Source: a virus. From it: DNA of 36,325 bases. Positions 1 through 8,746 of the stretch are shown one piece after another. The notes below the pieces were generated by a model. It was not told the origin of the DNA, made no database searches, and saw only the letters and a program-made list of their open reading frames with translations. The stretch lies in the UHGV virus genome UHGV-0211079; one strand, 5' to 3'. The position numbers and the translations under genes are program-made. Numbering within the stretch: position 1 is the stretch's first letter; every line of letters begins with the position of its first letter.

Positions 1-6
1 ATAAAC

Positions 7-930
7 GTGGCAAGACCGACGAAGAAAGGTCTTGATTATTTTCCTCTAGATGTCGATTTTTTATCAGATCTAAAAGTTCGAAGAATTATTAAAGCATGCG
101 GTAAAGAAGCCGTTCATATACTGGTCGCCCTGCTGGCTAATATTTATCGTGATGAGGGGTATTACGTTTTGTGGGATGACGACCTTGCGTTCTTAGTGGC
201 TGACGAAGTTGGTACGAAGGAGGGCACAGTAGAAGAACTGGTGAAAAAAGCCGTACAAGTAAAATTCTTTGATAAAGATATTTTTGATAAATACTCCGTA
301 TTAACTTCTAAAGGTATTCAAAGCAGATACATTTTAGCCACTAAGGAACGCAAAAAAGTTGAGCTTGAATATAAGTATTTGCTGACAAATGAAGTTAATC
401 GATCGAATATCTCGATTAATGGGCGGAATAACTCGGTTAATCAGGGGAATAATCAACAAAGTAAAGAAAAGGAAAGTAAAGAAAAGGAAATAAAAGAAGA
501 TGCTACTGCGAGCGAGAGTGCGTCTCTTGAAACTTTTCAAAAGTTATGGCTCTTTCCGAATGTTGTACAGGTCGATGATCTACTTAATCTGGTGGATATT
601 TATGGCGATGAACTTGTAAATGCTGCAATTAAACTTGCTGGTAGTAAGGACGTTCCTAAGAATCGAGCCATTAGTTTTTTAACAGCTTCTCTACAGGAAT
701 GGGCAGATGCTAACGTAAAAACCATTGAACAGGCAAGGGAGTACCAACGGACAAGAGGTGCTAAAAAGCAAAGCTATAATCAAAAGCCGATTCGTGAAGA
801 ACAGCTTCCTGATTGGGCAGAAAATCCGGTTGAAGAACCTCAGATTTCTCCAGAGAGACAGGCAGAAATCGATGCCAAGCTAGCTGCCTATTTAAGCAAA
901 AAGAATCAGCGAAAGGAGCAAGTTGAGTGA
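7..930 (+). CDS. phage replisome organizer / DnaD-domain replication protein
   Basis: GTG start at 7 with AGGAGGA lying at the extreme 3' end of the window (continuity across the ends). N-terminal DYFPLDVDF... organizer-like segment. KE-rich linker encoded by a 15-nt tandem repeat (agtaaagaaaaggaa x2, ~460-489). C-terminal DnaD-like segment (FQKLW...IYGDELVNAAIKLAG...AISFLTASLQEW). Confidence 0.75.
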   Translation: MARPTKKGLDYFPLDVDFLSDLKVRRIIKACGKEAVHILVALLANIYRDEGYYVLWDDDLAFLVADEVGTKEGTVEELVKKAVQVKFFDKDIFDKYSVLTSKGIQSRYILATKERKKVELEYKYLLTNEVNRSNISINGRNNSVNQGNNQQSKEKESKEKEIKEDATASESASLETFQKLWLFPNVVQVDDLLNLVDIYGDELVNAAIKLAGSKDVPKNRAISFLTASLQEWADANVKTIEQAREYQRTRGAKKQSYNQKPIREEQLPDWAENPVEEPQISPERQAEIDAKLAAYLSKKNQRKEQVE

Positions 931-1334
931 AACTCATTATTCCTATTGCGCCTAAACCACAGTCGAGACCACGGTTCACCAAGCATCGTAAGACTCCTTA
1001 CGAGGAAACAGCAATGAAATCATACAAAAATGCGGTTAAGTATCACGCTATGGCCACAAAGCCGATGCTGATTGAGAAAGGGCCTGTAATGATTGATGTC
1101 TGCTTTTTTATCTATCCACCGGCTTATATCTCGAAAGTAAAGAAAAACAGGACTTTGCTTGATAATGAGACCATGTACTGCGATAAGAAGCCAGATATTG
1201 ACAATTACTTTAAAGCTGTAGCTGATGCAGTAAACGGCATTTTGTATAAGGATGATGGACAGATTGCTGTGAATGTAAGCCGCAAGGTATACAGCTTGAA
1301 CCCACGCACAGAAATTGAAATTCAACCACTTTAG
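927..1334 (+). CDS. rusA: RusA-family Holliday junction resolvase
   Basis: GTG start overlaps the upstream stop (GTGA); RBS aaaggag at 912-918. Motif PDIDNYFKAVADAVNGILYKDDGQI is typical of RusA. Confidence 0.8.
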   Translation: MKLIIPIAPKPQSRPRFTKHRKTPYEETAMKSYKNAVKYHAMATKPMLIEKGPVMIDVCFFIYPPAYISKVKKNRTLLDNETMYCDKKPDIDNYFKAVADAVNGILYKDDGQIAVNVSRKVYSLNPRTEIEIQPL

Positions 1335-1345
1335 GAGGAAAAACC

Positions 1346-1624
1346 ATGAGAATACAAGACACTTTTGTCATTCATCCGGAGGGACGTCGCTTTGAGATTC
1401 AACCGAAGGTCAGACCAGCAAAAACAAAAGTAAAAGTCGGCAAAATTTACAACTGTGCCATTGAAGGATTTTCGGGAATGGTTAGAGCGGAATGTCTGAA
1501 AATTTATGAGAAATCCGCACATGTGAGAATTATTGTCTGTCATAAAGAAAGAGACGAGTGGCGTCAGAAAGTTCTTGGTGATCAAACTGTTGTTAAGCTG
1601 AAAAATATGGTTTTGGCTAGATAA
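1346..1624 (+). CDS. hypothetical early protein
   Basis: ATG with RBS ttaggagga 8 nt upstream, tightly packed after rusA. No recognisable motif. Confidence 0.55.
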   Translation: MRIQDTFVIHPEGRRFEIQPKVRPAKTKVKVGKIYNCAIEGFSGMVRAECLKIYEKSAHVRIIVCHKERDEWRQKVLGDQTVVKLKNMVLAR

Positions 1625-1652
1625 GGAGTTTGTAATCGGAAGATATTACGGA

Positions 1653-1895
1653 ATGCGAGGAATTTTAATGACAGAAATAAAACGTCAAAAACTATTAGTT
1701 GATTCGGTTTTATACACTGTTGAAAGAGAAATAATCGAAGAATGGGCTGATCTAACTGCCGAAGACTATTTAGATGATGTAACAACAGAACACAGGGAAG
1801 AACTAGATGACTTAATTCAAAACTGGTTCATAAAGCACAAATATTTACCTAACTGGTACAACATTTATGAAATTGATGAAATTAGTGTGATCTGA
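1653..1895 (+). CDS. hypothetical small acidic protein
   Basis: ORF in early-gene array. Acidic DE-rich composition. Confidence 0.45.
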   Translation: MRGILMTEIKRQKLLVDSVLYTVEREIIEEWADLTAEDYLDDVTTEHREELDDLIQNWFIKHKYLPNWYNIYEIDEISVI

Positions 1896-1937
1896 TTCCA
1901 CTATCCACCAAAATAGCAAACTGAAAGGAGGGCACCA

Positions 1938-2699
1938 ATGATCGTTTGGGCGCTATTCGACAGCGGAAATGGTTGTTATTCAAAAGCTGCAAAAAAGTTT
2001 GAAGATATTGAGATTTATTCGATTGGAATTGACCGCAAGAACAAGAGTAATCATTTTATCAATCTGAACTTAGCAGATTATTCTAGGTTGTTTGGAGATA
2101 ATACTTTATTCGATCACTTAGATAGCTTGCCAAATCCAGATCTTATCATTGCAAGTCCGCCGTGTGAATCCTGGTCTGTGGCAAGTGCTATGGATAATGG
2201 GAATGCCTGTTGGAAACAAGAAAAGGGAGATGGACTCTTTGAGCCGCAAGTACCTTTATCTCGCTTTACTATCAGATACAGGAGTGACTACGATCGGTAT
2301 CAATTCAAGCCAGAAAAGTCACTAATGACGCGAATAAATGGCGAGCTTTGTGCATTTAACACGATTGAAATCATCAAACGATATCAACCAAACGTTTACA
2401 TCATAGAGAATCCGGCTCATGGCCGTTTGTGGGAATATATTGAGAAGATTCTAGGCTTTGAGATTCCCTATGAGAATCTCACTTATTACAACAATTATGA
2501 TTATCCAATTAAAAAACCTACTAAATTCAAAAGCAATATAGATTTAGACCTAAAAAAAGATATTATCCCAAATGAAGTTGAGTTTAAGTCTGGCTTTAGT
2601 AGAGACTATAACGAGCGATCAAATATACCGGCTGCATTAGTAGAGGACATATTTCATAAAGTTCTGGCGATGGGTTTAGTTAGTAATCCGACGAAATAG
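1938..2699 (+). CDS. putative orphan DNA (cytosine-5) methyltransferase-like protein
   Basis: RBS aaaggaggg, then ATG. C5-MTase-like motif order: motif I LFDSGNG (F-x-x-G-x-G), motif IV ASPPCESWS (PCE instead of canonical PCQ), motif VI IIENPAHGRL (ENV-like). Short at 253 aa with a very small target-recognition region. No cognate nuclease nearby. Confidence 0.5.
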   Translation: MIVWALFDSGNGCYSKAAKKFEDIEIYSIGIDRKNKSNHFINLNLADYSRLFGDNTLFDHLDSLPNPDLIIASPPCESWSVASAMDNGNACWKQEKGDGLFEPQVPLSRFTIRYRSDYDRYQFKPEKSLMTRINGELCAFNTIEIIKRYQPNVYIIENPAHGRLWEYIEKILGFEIPYENLTYYNNYDYPIKKPTKFKSNIDLDLKKDIIPNEVEFKSGFSRDYNERSNIPAALVEDIFHKVLAMGLVSNPTK

Positions 2700-2728
2700 C
2701 AAACAAAAAAGACTAATAGAAATTAGCC

Positions 2729-2938
2729 TTAAAGTTTGCCTTTAGAACGTTTAGTAGCAAGTAACATATTCAAGACAAAGTTTACAAAAAATAAGAAGCT
2801 AGCAATCTTTAATCCGGTACTTCCATTGTTTATGAAGACCAAAAGTAATGCACTAACAAAGTTGACGAGGGCGATAAATAGATAGAAATTTAGTAAGGTT
2901 CTTTTTTTCAAAGTACTCACCCCTTTTATAAATATCAT
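2729..2938 (-). CDS. small hydrophobic membrane peptide (69 aa), doubtful gene
   Basis: Only minus-strand ORF in a 300-bp gap of an otherwise plus-strand block. Two predicted TM segments. No Shine-Dalgarno upstream. Confidence 0.25.
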   Translation of the reverse strand: MIFIKGVSTLKKRTLLNFYLFIALVNFVSALLLVFINNGSTGLKIASFLFFVNFVLNMLLATKRSKGKL

Positions 2939-3004
2939 GATAAAAGAAAAATATAATTAATTCAACAATCGTCAGCGATAAGTAAATGGAGGGATAAGGT
3001 AATT

Positions 3005-3220
3005 ATGGAAAAATGTAAAGCATGTTCCGACTATTTCAAATGGGATGATGAAGTAATAGAAGTGGATGATGAGTATTATCACAAAGACTGCGTAACTCTC
3101 TATCCAACAGGATATGTCGCTTTTTTAGATGATGACTTCCTCGGAGAAACTGAAAATGCAGATGGAGCTACGGCTTATAGTATTTTGGAAGAAGGTCAAT
3201 ATATAGATGACGAAGATTAA
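3005..3220 (+). CDS. hypothetical Cys-containing acidic protein
   Basis: RBS ggagggataagg, then ATG. CxxC...C pattern. No family recognised. Confidence 0.5.
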   Translation: MEKCKACSDYFKWDDEVIEVDDEYYHKDCVTLYPTGYVAFLDDDFLGETENADGATAYSILEEGQYIDDED

Positions 3221-3425
3221 GAGTAGGAATAAGCAAATGAATGATAGTCTATCCATCATCATAATACTGTTATCGATCGCAGGCCTAAGTTGGCTATCCT
3301 ATACAATTGTGGATAAACAGAAGCAGATTGAACAACTTCAAGAGCAACTGCAACACGAGCAATTCAAATACAAAATGTTATATCGTGATCCAATGGTAAA
3401 AAAAGCAATCGAGAGTGGAGGATAA
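3207..3425 (+). CDS. hypothetical membrane/coiled-coil protein
   Basis: ATG overlaps the previous stop. N-terminal TM segment followed by a QLQEQLQ coiled coil. Confidence 0.45.
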   Translation: MTKIKSRNKQMNDSLSIIIILLSIAGLSWLSYTIVDKQKQIEQLQEQLQHEQFKYKMLYRDPMVKKAIESGG

Positions 3426-3427
3426 GA

Positions 3428-3523
3428 ATGACAGTTGCAGTGTTAGGGTTTACAGGATTCGTGTTATTAATGATTGCTGCAGTCGTTGTAGGAAAGAAGA
3501 TGGACGAAAGAGAAGGCAAATAA
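3428..3523 (+). CDS. small membrane peptide (31 aa)
   Basis: ATG at 3428 after RBS gagtggagga. Hydrophobic sequence MTVAVLGFTGFVLLMIAAVVVGKK. Below the ORF-track length cutoff. Confidence 0.3.
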   Translation: MTVAVLGFTGFVLLMIAAVVVGKKMDEREGK

Positions 3524-3617
3524 AAAAGCATTAAGCAGTCGCCCAATGCCCTACAAAATAATGATTTTGTACCCGCCAAGGTAATTTCATTATACCAAAT
3601 AAAGGGGCGATTGAGCA

Positions 3618-4031
3618 ATGATGCTATTAAGAGAGATAGATTTTCGTAGGACTAGGCAGAATGCAAAAAGCATTTTGAGAAATTATCGTCGGTTGGAGCG
3701 GATTGCTGGTCGATCTAAGATTGATGTCCGCTCACCGATCATCACTGATATGCCTAAAACACCAAGTAACGGCAACAAGTCAGAAGATGCGATCATCCAG
3801 ATGATGGATGCGGAGGCAGAAAGGGATGCTATTGTAGTAGCTCTTTTGGCGTTGGGAATAGATAGTCGCCAAGTTTTGTATTATTCGTATTGCACTGTTG
3901 ATCGATACTCAAATGTTGGAATTGCTCAGCAAATGGGTTACTCGGTCAGGACAATCGAAGACTACAAGGCAACTGCCTTGATTGAATTCGCTGAAGCCTA
4001 TCGAAAAGGAAAATTAATAGAATATTGCTGA
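3618..4031 (+). CDS. ArpU-family phage late transcriptional activator
   Basis: N-terminus MMLLREIDFRRTRQNAKSILRNYRRLERIAG matches the ArpU family signature. Sits in the usual position immediately upstream of the terminase genes. Confidence 0.8.
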   Translation: MMLLREIDFRRTRQNAKSILRNYRRLERIAGRSKIDVRSPIITDMPKTPSNGNKSEDAIIQMMDAEAERDAIVVALLALGIDSRQVLYYSYCTVDRYSNVGIAQQMGYSVRTIEDYKATALIEFAEAYRKGKLIEYC

Positions 4032-4263
4032 ATCGATGTGGTTTTTATGTGGAAATACTGCGGTTTTTAAATGATTTTACGTAGTATTATTGTATTATCA
4101 ATTATTGTAAATAACAGGGCGCACTCCTTTATGATTGTTGGCAGACCTCCTTTCTGAATTTCATTTTCAGCGCCCTGTATTTAAACTAAGACGGCGACAA
4201 AAAAATTATAAATAGAATGGAGTTGAATTCACTCCTTTTCTTCATTCGCTAGCCGTCTTTTTT

Positions 4264-4337
4264 CAGGAATTGGCTCAGTTTGGTAAAGCGCTACTTTTGG
4301 GCAGTAGAGAGCGCAGGTTCGAATCCTGCATTCCTGA
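4264..4337 (+). tRNA. tRNA-Pro (anticodon UGG)
   Basis: Hand-folded cloverleaf. 7-bp acceptor stem caggaat/attcctg with the C1:G72 pair characteristic of bacterial tRNA-Pro, and discriminator A73. D-loop contains GG. Anticodon stem ctact/agtag with loop tt-TGG-gc (U33, G37). 5-nt variable loop. T-stem gcagg/cctgc with T-loop TTCGAAT. No encoded CCA. Confidence 0.75.
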
Positions 4338-4388
4338 TTGGGAGTTGTCAATTAGATTACTCACATGATCTTTGGCGCTTCCTACTAA

Positions 4389-4412
4389 ACAGTCCTTTAG
4401 GGCTGTTTTTTT
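4389..4412 (+). terminator. intrinsic terminator downstream of tRNA
   Basis: Hairpin acagtcc-ttta-gggctgt followed by TTTTTTT. Confidence 0.5.
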
Positions 4413-4479
4413 GATTTTGTGGCAACGTTATTGCCTTTAGGGTAAAATATCATTAAAAAAGATTATAGGAGTGACTTAT

Positions 4480-5076
4480 ATGAATAACCCTATTATTAAT
4501 CCTGATGTTTGGTCTCCAGTTGGATTTGATGTATACAGACAAACAATATCAACACAAAAATATACTTGCGGATATTGTGTTCGTGATGTTGGAGTACAAA
4601 AAGGATTACAAGGCTACACAAACGACGGAGATATTATCTTTGCATTAGTCTGTTCGAATTGTGGTTGTATTTCAATGTTAAGTGAAAATGGTTTTCAATT
4701 ACCTGGGTCCCTATACGGAAAGGACATTGATAATTTACCTCAAGAAATTAAGTACTTATACAATGAGGCAAGAGAATGTTTTAAAGCTGGGGCATATACA
4801 GGTGTGGTTTTACTTGCTAGAAAGTGTTTAGCAAATGTTGCAATTTACTTTGGTGCAGAAGATGGACAGAAGTTTATTATCTACGTTGACTATTTAACTA
4901 ATAATGGATATATTGCACCAAAAAGTAAAAAATGGGTGGATGAAATCAGAAAAGAAGGTAATTCTGCAACCCATAATAAAGAACCCAAAAATAAAGAAGA
5001 GGCAACGAAAATTTTAAGATTTCTTGAGATGCTTCTTTTGATTAATTTTGAATTCAATGATTTAGAGTTGGAATAA
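4480..5076 (+). CDS. zinc-ribbon + DUF4145-like (possibly HEPN-related) domain protein; accessory/moron gene
   Basis: ATG at 4480 after RBS ataggagtga (the ORF track begins at an upstream GTG at 4471). N-terminal CGYC...CSNCGC zinc ribbon. C-terminal ARKCLANVAIY...IRKEGNSATHNKEP...ATKILRFLEMLL resembles DUF4145 from memory (R-x7-H motif). Own terminator downstream. Confidence 0.55.
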   Translation: MNNPIINPDVWSPVGFDVYRQTISTQKYTCGYCVRDVGVQKGLQGYTNDGDIIFALVCSNCGCISMLSENGFQLPGSLYGKDIDNLPQEIKYLYNEARECFKAGAYTGVVLLARKCLANVAIYFGAEDGQKFIIYVDYLTNNGYIAPKSKKWVDEIRKEGNSATHNKEPKNKEEATKILRFLEMLLLINFEFNDLELE

Positions 5077-5084
5077 AGCAAGTT

Positions 5085-5110
5085 AAGACCTTATATGAGG
5101 TCTTTTTTTT
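5085..5110 (+). terminator. intrinsic terminator
   Basis: Hairpin aagacc-ttatatga-ggtctt followed by TTTTTTT. Confidence 0.65.
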
Positions 5111-5158
5111 ATACATAGAATTACAAAACAAACACAGATTGCGAGGTGGTGGAAATGG

Positions 5159-5914
5159 ATGGCTAGACAAAGAAATCCTATGCGAGATGAAGCATATCGC
5201 ATTTGGATAGAATCTAATAAACAAAAGCCATTGAAAGATATTGCTGAAGAATTGGGAGTATCTTCTTCAACTGTCCGAAAGTGGAAATCTGAGGATAAGT
5301 GGGATGGCGAAACGAAACGGAGCGCTCCGAATGAAAGAGAGCGTTACGAATCAATGCGCGGCAATCAAAATGCAAGAGGGAATCCTGGGGGAAAACCACC
5401 GCCTAATAATAAAAATGCTGTAAGCCATGGTTTATTTGCTAATTGGCTGCCAGACGATACGAAACAAATTATTCAGGAACTTTACACCTCAGAACCTGCA
5501 GATATTATTTGGAACAACATCATGATTCAATACACTGCTATCATCAGATCACAAAAGATTATGTATGTTAAAGATGAGTTTGACTCTACAGAGGATGTTG
5601 TAAGCGCAGAAATCAATCCGATGTTAGTAGATCCGGATACAAATAAAGCAGTCCAAACAAAGTTAACCCGACAATTTCAATACGCTTGGGATAAACAAGC
5701 TACTTTCTTAAATGCTCAATCAAGGGCGATGGGAACCTTGTCAAATCTCATCAAACAATTCTTGGCCATTGCTGATGAGCAAGATGAACGCAGGAAGAAG
5801 CTTGAGTTGATGGATGCTCAAATCGCAAAACTCAAATCATCTACTAATGATGATTCGAACACCGGCGGCGGTGATATTGTTATTGTCGATACTTGGGGTG
5901 ATTCAGATGAATAG
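5159..5914 (+). CDS. terS: terminase small subunit
   Basis: RBS gaggtggtgg, then ATG. N-terminal HTH (LKDIAEELGVSSSTVRKWKSEDKW) typical of Gram-positive phage TerS. Immediately upstream of and overlapping terL. Confidence 0.8.
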   Translation: MARQRNPMRDEAYRIWIESNKQKPLKDIAEELGVSSSTVRKWKSEDKWDGETKRSAPNERERYESMRGNQNARGNPGGKPPPNNKNAVSHGLFANWLPDDTKQIIQELYTSEPADIIWNNIMIQYTAIIRSQKIMYVKDEFDSTEDVVSAEINPMLVDPDTNKAVQTKLTRQFQYAWDKQATFLNAQSRAMGTLSNLIKQFLAIADEQDERRKKLELMDAQIAKLKSSTNDDSNTGGGDIVIVDTWGDSDE

Positions 5915-7220
5915 GATTGACATCCAAAAAGAAGTAAATCCTCATTTCAAGTCAGTTTGGATCAGTAAGAAACCATACAACATCCTACGAGGTGGACGGA
6001 ATAGTTTCAAATCGTCTGTCATTGCGCTCAAGCTTGTTTTTATGATGGTTGGATACATTATGACCAGAAGAAAAGCAAACGTTGTAATCATTCGTAAGGT
6101 GGCAAATACAATACGTGATTCAGTTTTCTTAAAAATCCAGTGGGCGCTTGGAAAATTCTTTCTCTTAGATCAGTTCAGCTGTACTGTTTCTCCATTTAAA
6201 ATCACACATAGGAAAACAGGTTCTACGTTTTATTTTTATGGCCAAGATGATTTTCAAAAGCTGAAATCTAACGACATCGGGAACATCATCGCTGTATGGG
6301 TCGAAGAAGCTGCAGAGTTTAACAGCGCAGAAGAATTTGACCAAATGAAGGCTACGTTTATGCGGCAGAAGCCTGTAGATGCCAAGCAAGTTCAGTTCTT
6401 TTATTCATACAACCCTCCAAGAAATCCGTATCACTGGATTAACGAATGGACCAATGAATTAGAAGGACATAAAGATTACTTGATTCATTCATCCAGCTAT
6501 AAAGATGATGCTTTAGGCTTTGTTACGCAGCAAATGATAGATGAGATCAACCGGATCAAAGAAAATGACTATGACTACTACTTGTATCTTTATGAAGGCT
6601 TGCCAGTTGGATTCCAAGACAATGTGTACAACGTTGAAACATTCAGAAAAATAGTAGATTTACCTAGCGATGACTATGTCACCGCTATTTTTTATTCCCT
6701 TGACGGTGGTCATGCTCAGTCAGCAACAACAGTTCTTTGTTTAGGATTGACGGCAAAACAAAAAGTCGTATTGCTAGACACTTACTATTATTCACCTGCC
6801 GGAAAAAGCGTGAAGCTTGCACCTTCCCAGCTTTCCACAGAGGTGCATAAGTTCATTTCTAAAACACTTGAAGATGATCGGTGGAAGAATGCTCAAGTTA
6901 TTAATAGAACGATTGATAGCGCTGAGGCGGCTCTTAGAAATCAGTATTATCTCGATTATCATATACGCTGGAATCCAGTCGCTAAGAAAGATAAACAAAC
7001 CATGATTGACTTTGCGACAAATTTATTTGCGCAAGGTCGTTTTTATTATCTCGATACAGAAAGCAACAAGATTTTCTATGAAGAACATAAGCACTACCGG
7101 TACAAAGAAGGTACTGCCGATACGGATAACCCGGTCGTAATCAAAGAAGATGACCATACCTGTGATGCATTTGAATATTTCTGCGTAGATAATGCATCTA
7201 TTTTAGGAATAGCAGTCTAG
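5907..7220 (+). CDS. terL: terminase large subunit (PBSX/XtmB-type)
   Basis: ATG at 5907 with RBS ggggtg; overlaps the terS stop. The ORF track start at 5814 would overlap terS by 100 nt. Walker-A-like GGRNSFKSSV, and acidic nuclease-domain residues near the C-terminus. Confidence 0.9.
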   Translation: MNRIDIQKEVNPHFKSVWISKKPYNILRGGRNSFKSSVIALKLVFMMVGYIMTRRKANVVIIRKVANTIRDSVFLKIQWALGKFFLLDQFSCTVSPFKITHRKTGSTFYFYGQDDFQKLKSNDIGNIIAVWVEEAAEFNSAEEFDQMKATFMRQKPVDAKQVQFFYSYNPPRNPYHWINEWTNELEGHKDYLIHSSSYKDDALGFVTQQMIDEINRIKENDYDYYLYLYEGLPVGFQDNVYNVETFRKIVDLPSDDYVTAIFYSLDGGHAQSATTVLCLGLTAKQKVVLLDTYYYSPAGKSVKLAPSQLSTEVHKFISKTLEDDRWKNAQVINRTIDSAEAALRNQYYLDYHIRWNPVAKKDKQTMIDFATNLFAQGRFYYLDTESNKIFYEEHKHYRYKEGTADTDNPVVIKEDDHTCDAFEYFCVDNASILGIAV

Positions 7221-7231
7221 GAGGTGACATA

Positions 7232-8746
7232 TTGGGACTAATTCAGTCAATTAAAAGCTTATTTAGAAAGGGGGCAGATACTATCTTGCCAGTTCAAAGT
7301 CTTAACTCGATCTTGGACCATCCGAAGATCAACTTAGAGTCAGAAGAATACAACAGAATCATTGAAAGCCTCAGATACTATGAGGGCAAGCATGATGATA
7401 TTCAATTTAAGAATAGCAACGGAAAGACAAAAAAACGCCCTTTTTCTAGCATTAACATGATGAAAAAAGTTGCTGGGCAGTATGCAACAGTAGTTTTCAA
7501 TGAGCAATGTGAGATTGAAGTAGATGGCGATGCTAAAGAGTTTATCGAAAATGTATTCGAACACAACGATTTCAAGAAGAACTTTGCTAAGTATCTAGAG
7601 CCAATGTTTGCACTTGGTGGCCTAGCATGTAGACCGTATTTGGATAAGAAAACCAATCAAATTGAATTTTCTTGGGCATTAGCAGATGCCTTTTATCCAT
7701 TAGACAGTAATTCGAACAATATCAGTGAATGTGCTATTCCTTTCAGGACTATTCGAACAGAAGGCGGAAAACAGGTCTATTACACACTGCTAGAATTTCA
7801 TGAATGGCAAGAAAATGGGATGTATACAGTCACAAATGAGCTATATCGATCGGAGATTCCAGAAATAGTAGGATCGCAGGTCATTTTATCTTTGCTTTAT
7901 GATGATCTAGAACCTCAGTCAACTTTCAATACAGGCGTATTGTCCAGACCGTTATTCGCATATCTAAAAACAAGTGGGTTTAATAATATTTCTCCATATT
8001 CTCCCTTGGGATTAGGTGTTTGTGATAACTGTAAGAAGACATTAGACCGCATTAACCGGACGTTTGACGAATTCAATGAGGAAATCAGACGAGGAAAGAG
8101 ACGAATCGCTGCGAGTGAGATGCTTCTGAAAAGTCGTGTAGAGAATGGTCAAGTCAAAATGTACTTTGATGATGATGAAGACACATTCCAAATTATCCCT
8201 GGGGCCAATATGGATGATTACACAATCAAAGATCTAACAAGTGACATTCGAACGACTGAGTACGTTGCTGCAATCAACCATCATCTGAGAACCTTGGAGA
8301 TGGAAACAAATCTTTCTAGCGGAACATTTAGTTTCGATAGTTCTGGAAAGTTATCGACAAAAACAGCTACAGAAGTGGTCAGCGAGAACTCTCAAACTTA
8401 TCAGACACGTTCAATGCAAATCACTAATATTGAAAAGTTTGTTAAGGAACTGGTTGTCACTGTTTGCGAGCTGGGTAAATCATTAAATGTCTACGATGGT
8501 TCAATTCCGTCATTTGATGATGTAGGTGTCAATTTTGATGATGGAGCATTTACATCGACGAGTGAAAAACTTACATTTTATCAGCAACTGATAACTCTAG
8601 GCTATCCAGTTAATAAAGCTTTTGAGAAGATTTTGAATCTTCCAGAAGACGAAGCATTGGAACTTTATCAGTTAGGATTGCGACAAAGTGCGGATAAGTT
8701 ATCCGGAATGATGTCTAATGCAGGTCTACCAGAGGAAATGGAGTGA
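7232..8746 (+). CDS. portal protein (SPP1 gp6-like)
   Basis: TTG start after aggaggtga. About 500 aa, immediately after terL. Confidence 0.75.
   Translation: MGLIQSIKSLFRKGADTILPVQSLNSILDHPKINLESEEYNRIIESLRYYEGKHDDIQFKNSNGKTKKRPFSSINMMKKVAGQYATVVFNEQCEIEVDGDAKEFIENVFEHNDFKKNFAKYLEPMFALGGLACRPYLDKKTNQIEFSWALADAFYPLDSNSNNISECAIPFRTIRTEGGKQVYYTLLEFHEWQENGMYTVTNELYRSEIPEIVGSQVILSLLYDDLEPQSTFNTGVLSRPLFAYLKTSGFNNISPYSPLGLGVCDNCKKTLDRINRTFDEFNEEIRRGKRRIAASEMLLKSRVENGQVKMYFDDDEDTFQIIPGANMDDYTIKDLTSDIRTTEYVAAINHHLRTLEMETNLSSGTFSFDSSGKLSTKTATEVVSENSQTYQTRSMQITNIEKFVKELVVTVCELGKSLNVYDGSIPSFDDVGVNFDDGAFTSTSEKLTFYQQLITLGYPVNKAFEKILNLPEDEALELYQLGLRQSADKLSGMMSNAGLPEEME

Noticed and set aside
334-1325. Minus-strand ORFs overlapping the DnaD-like and rusA genes
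   Set aside because: Antisense to well-supported genes. Low-complexity translations.
5814-5906. ORF-track N-terminal extension of the large terminase
   Set aside because: Would overlap terS by ~100 nt and lacks an RBS. ATG at 5907 with ggggtg SD is the start.
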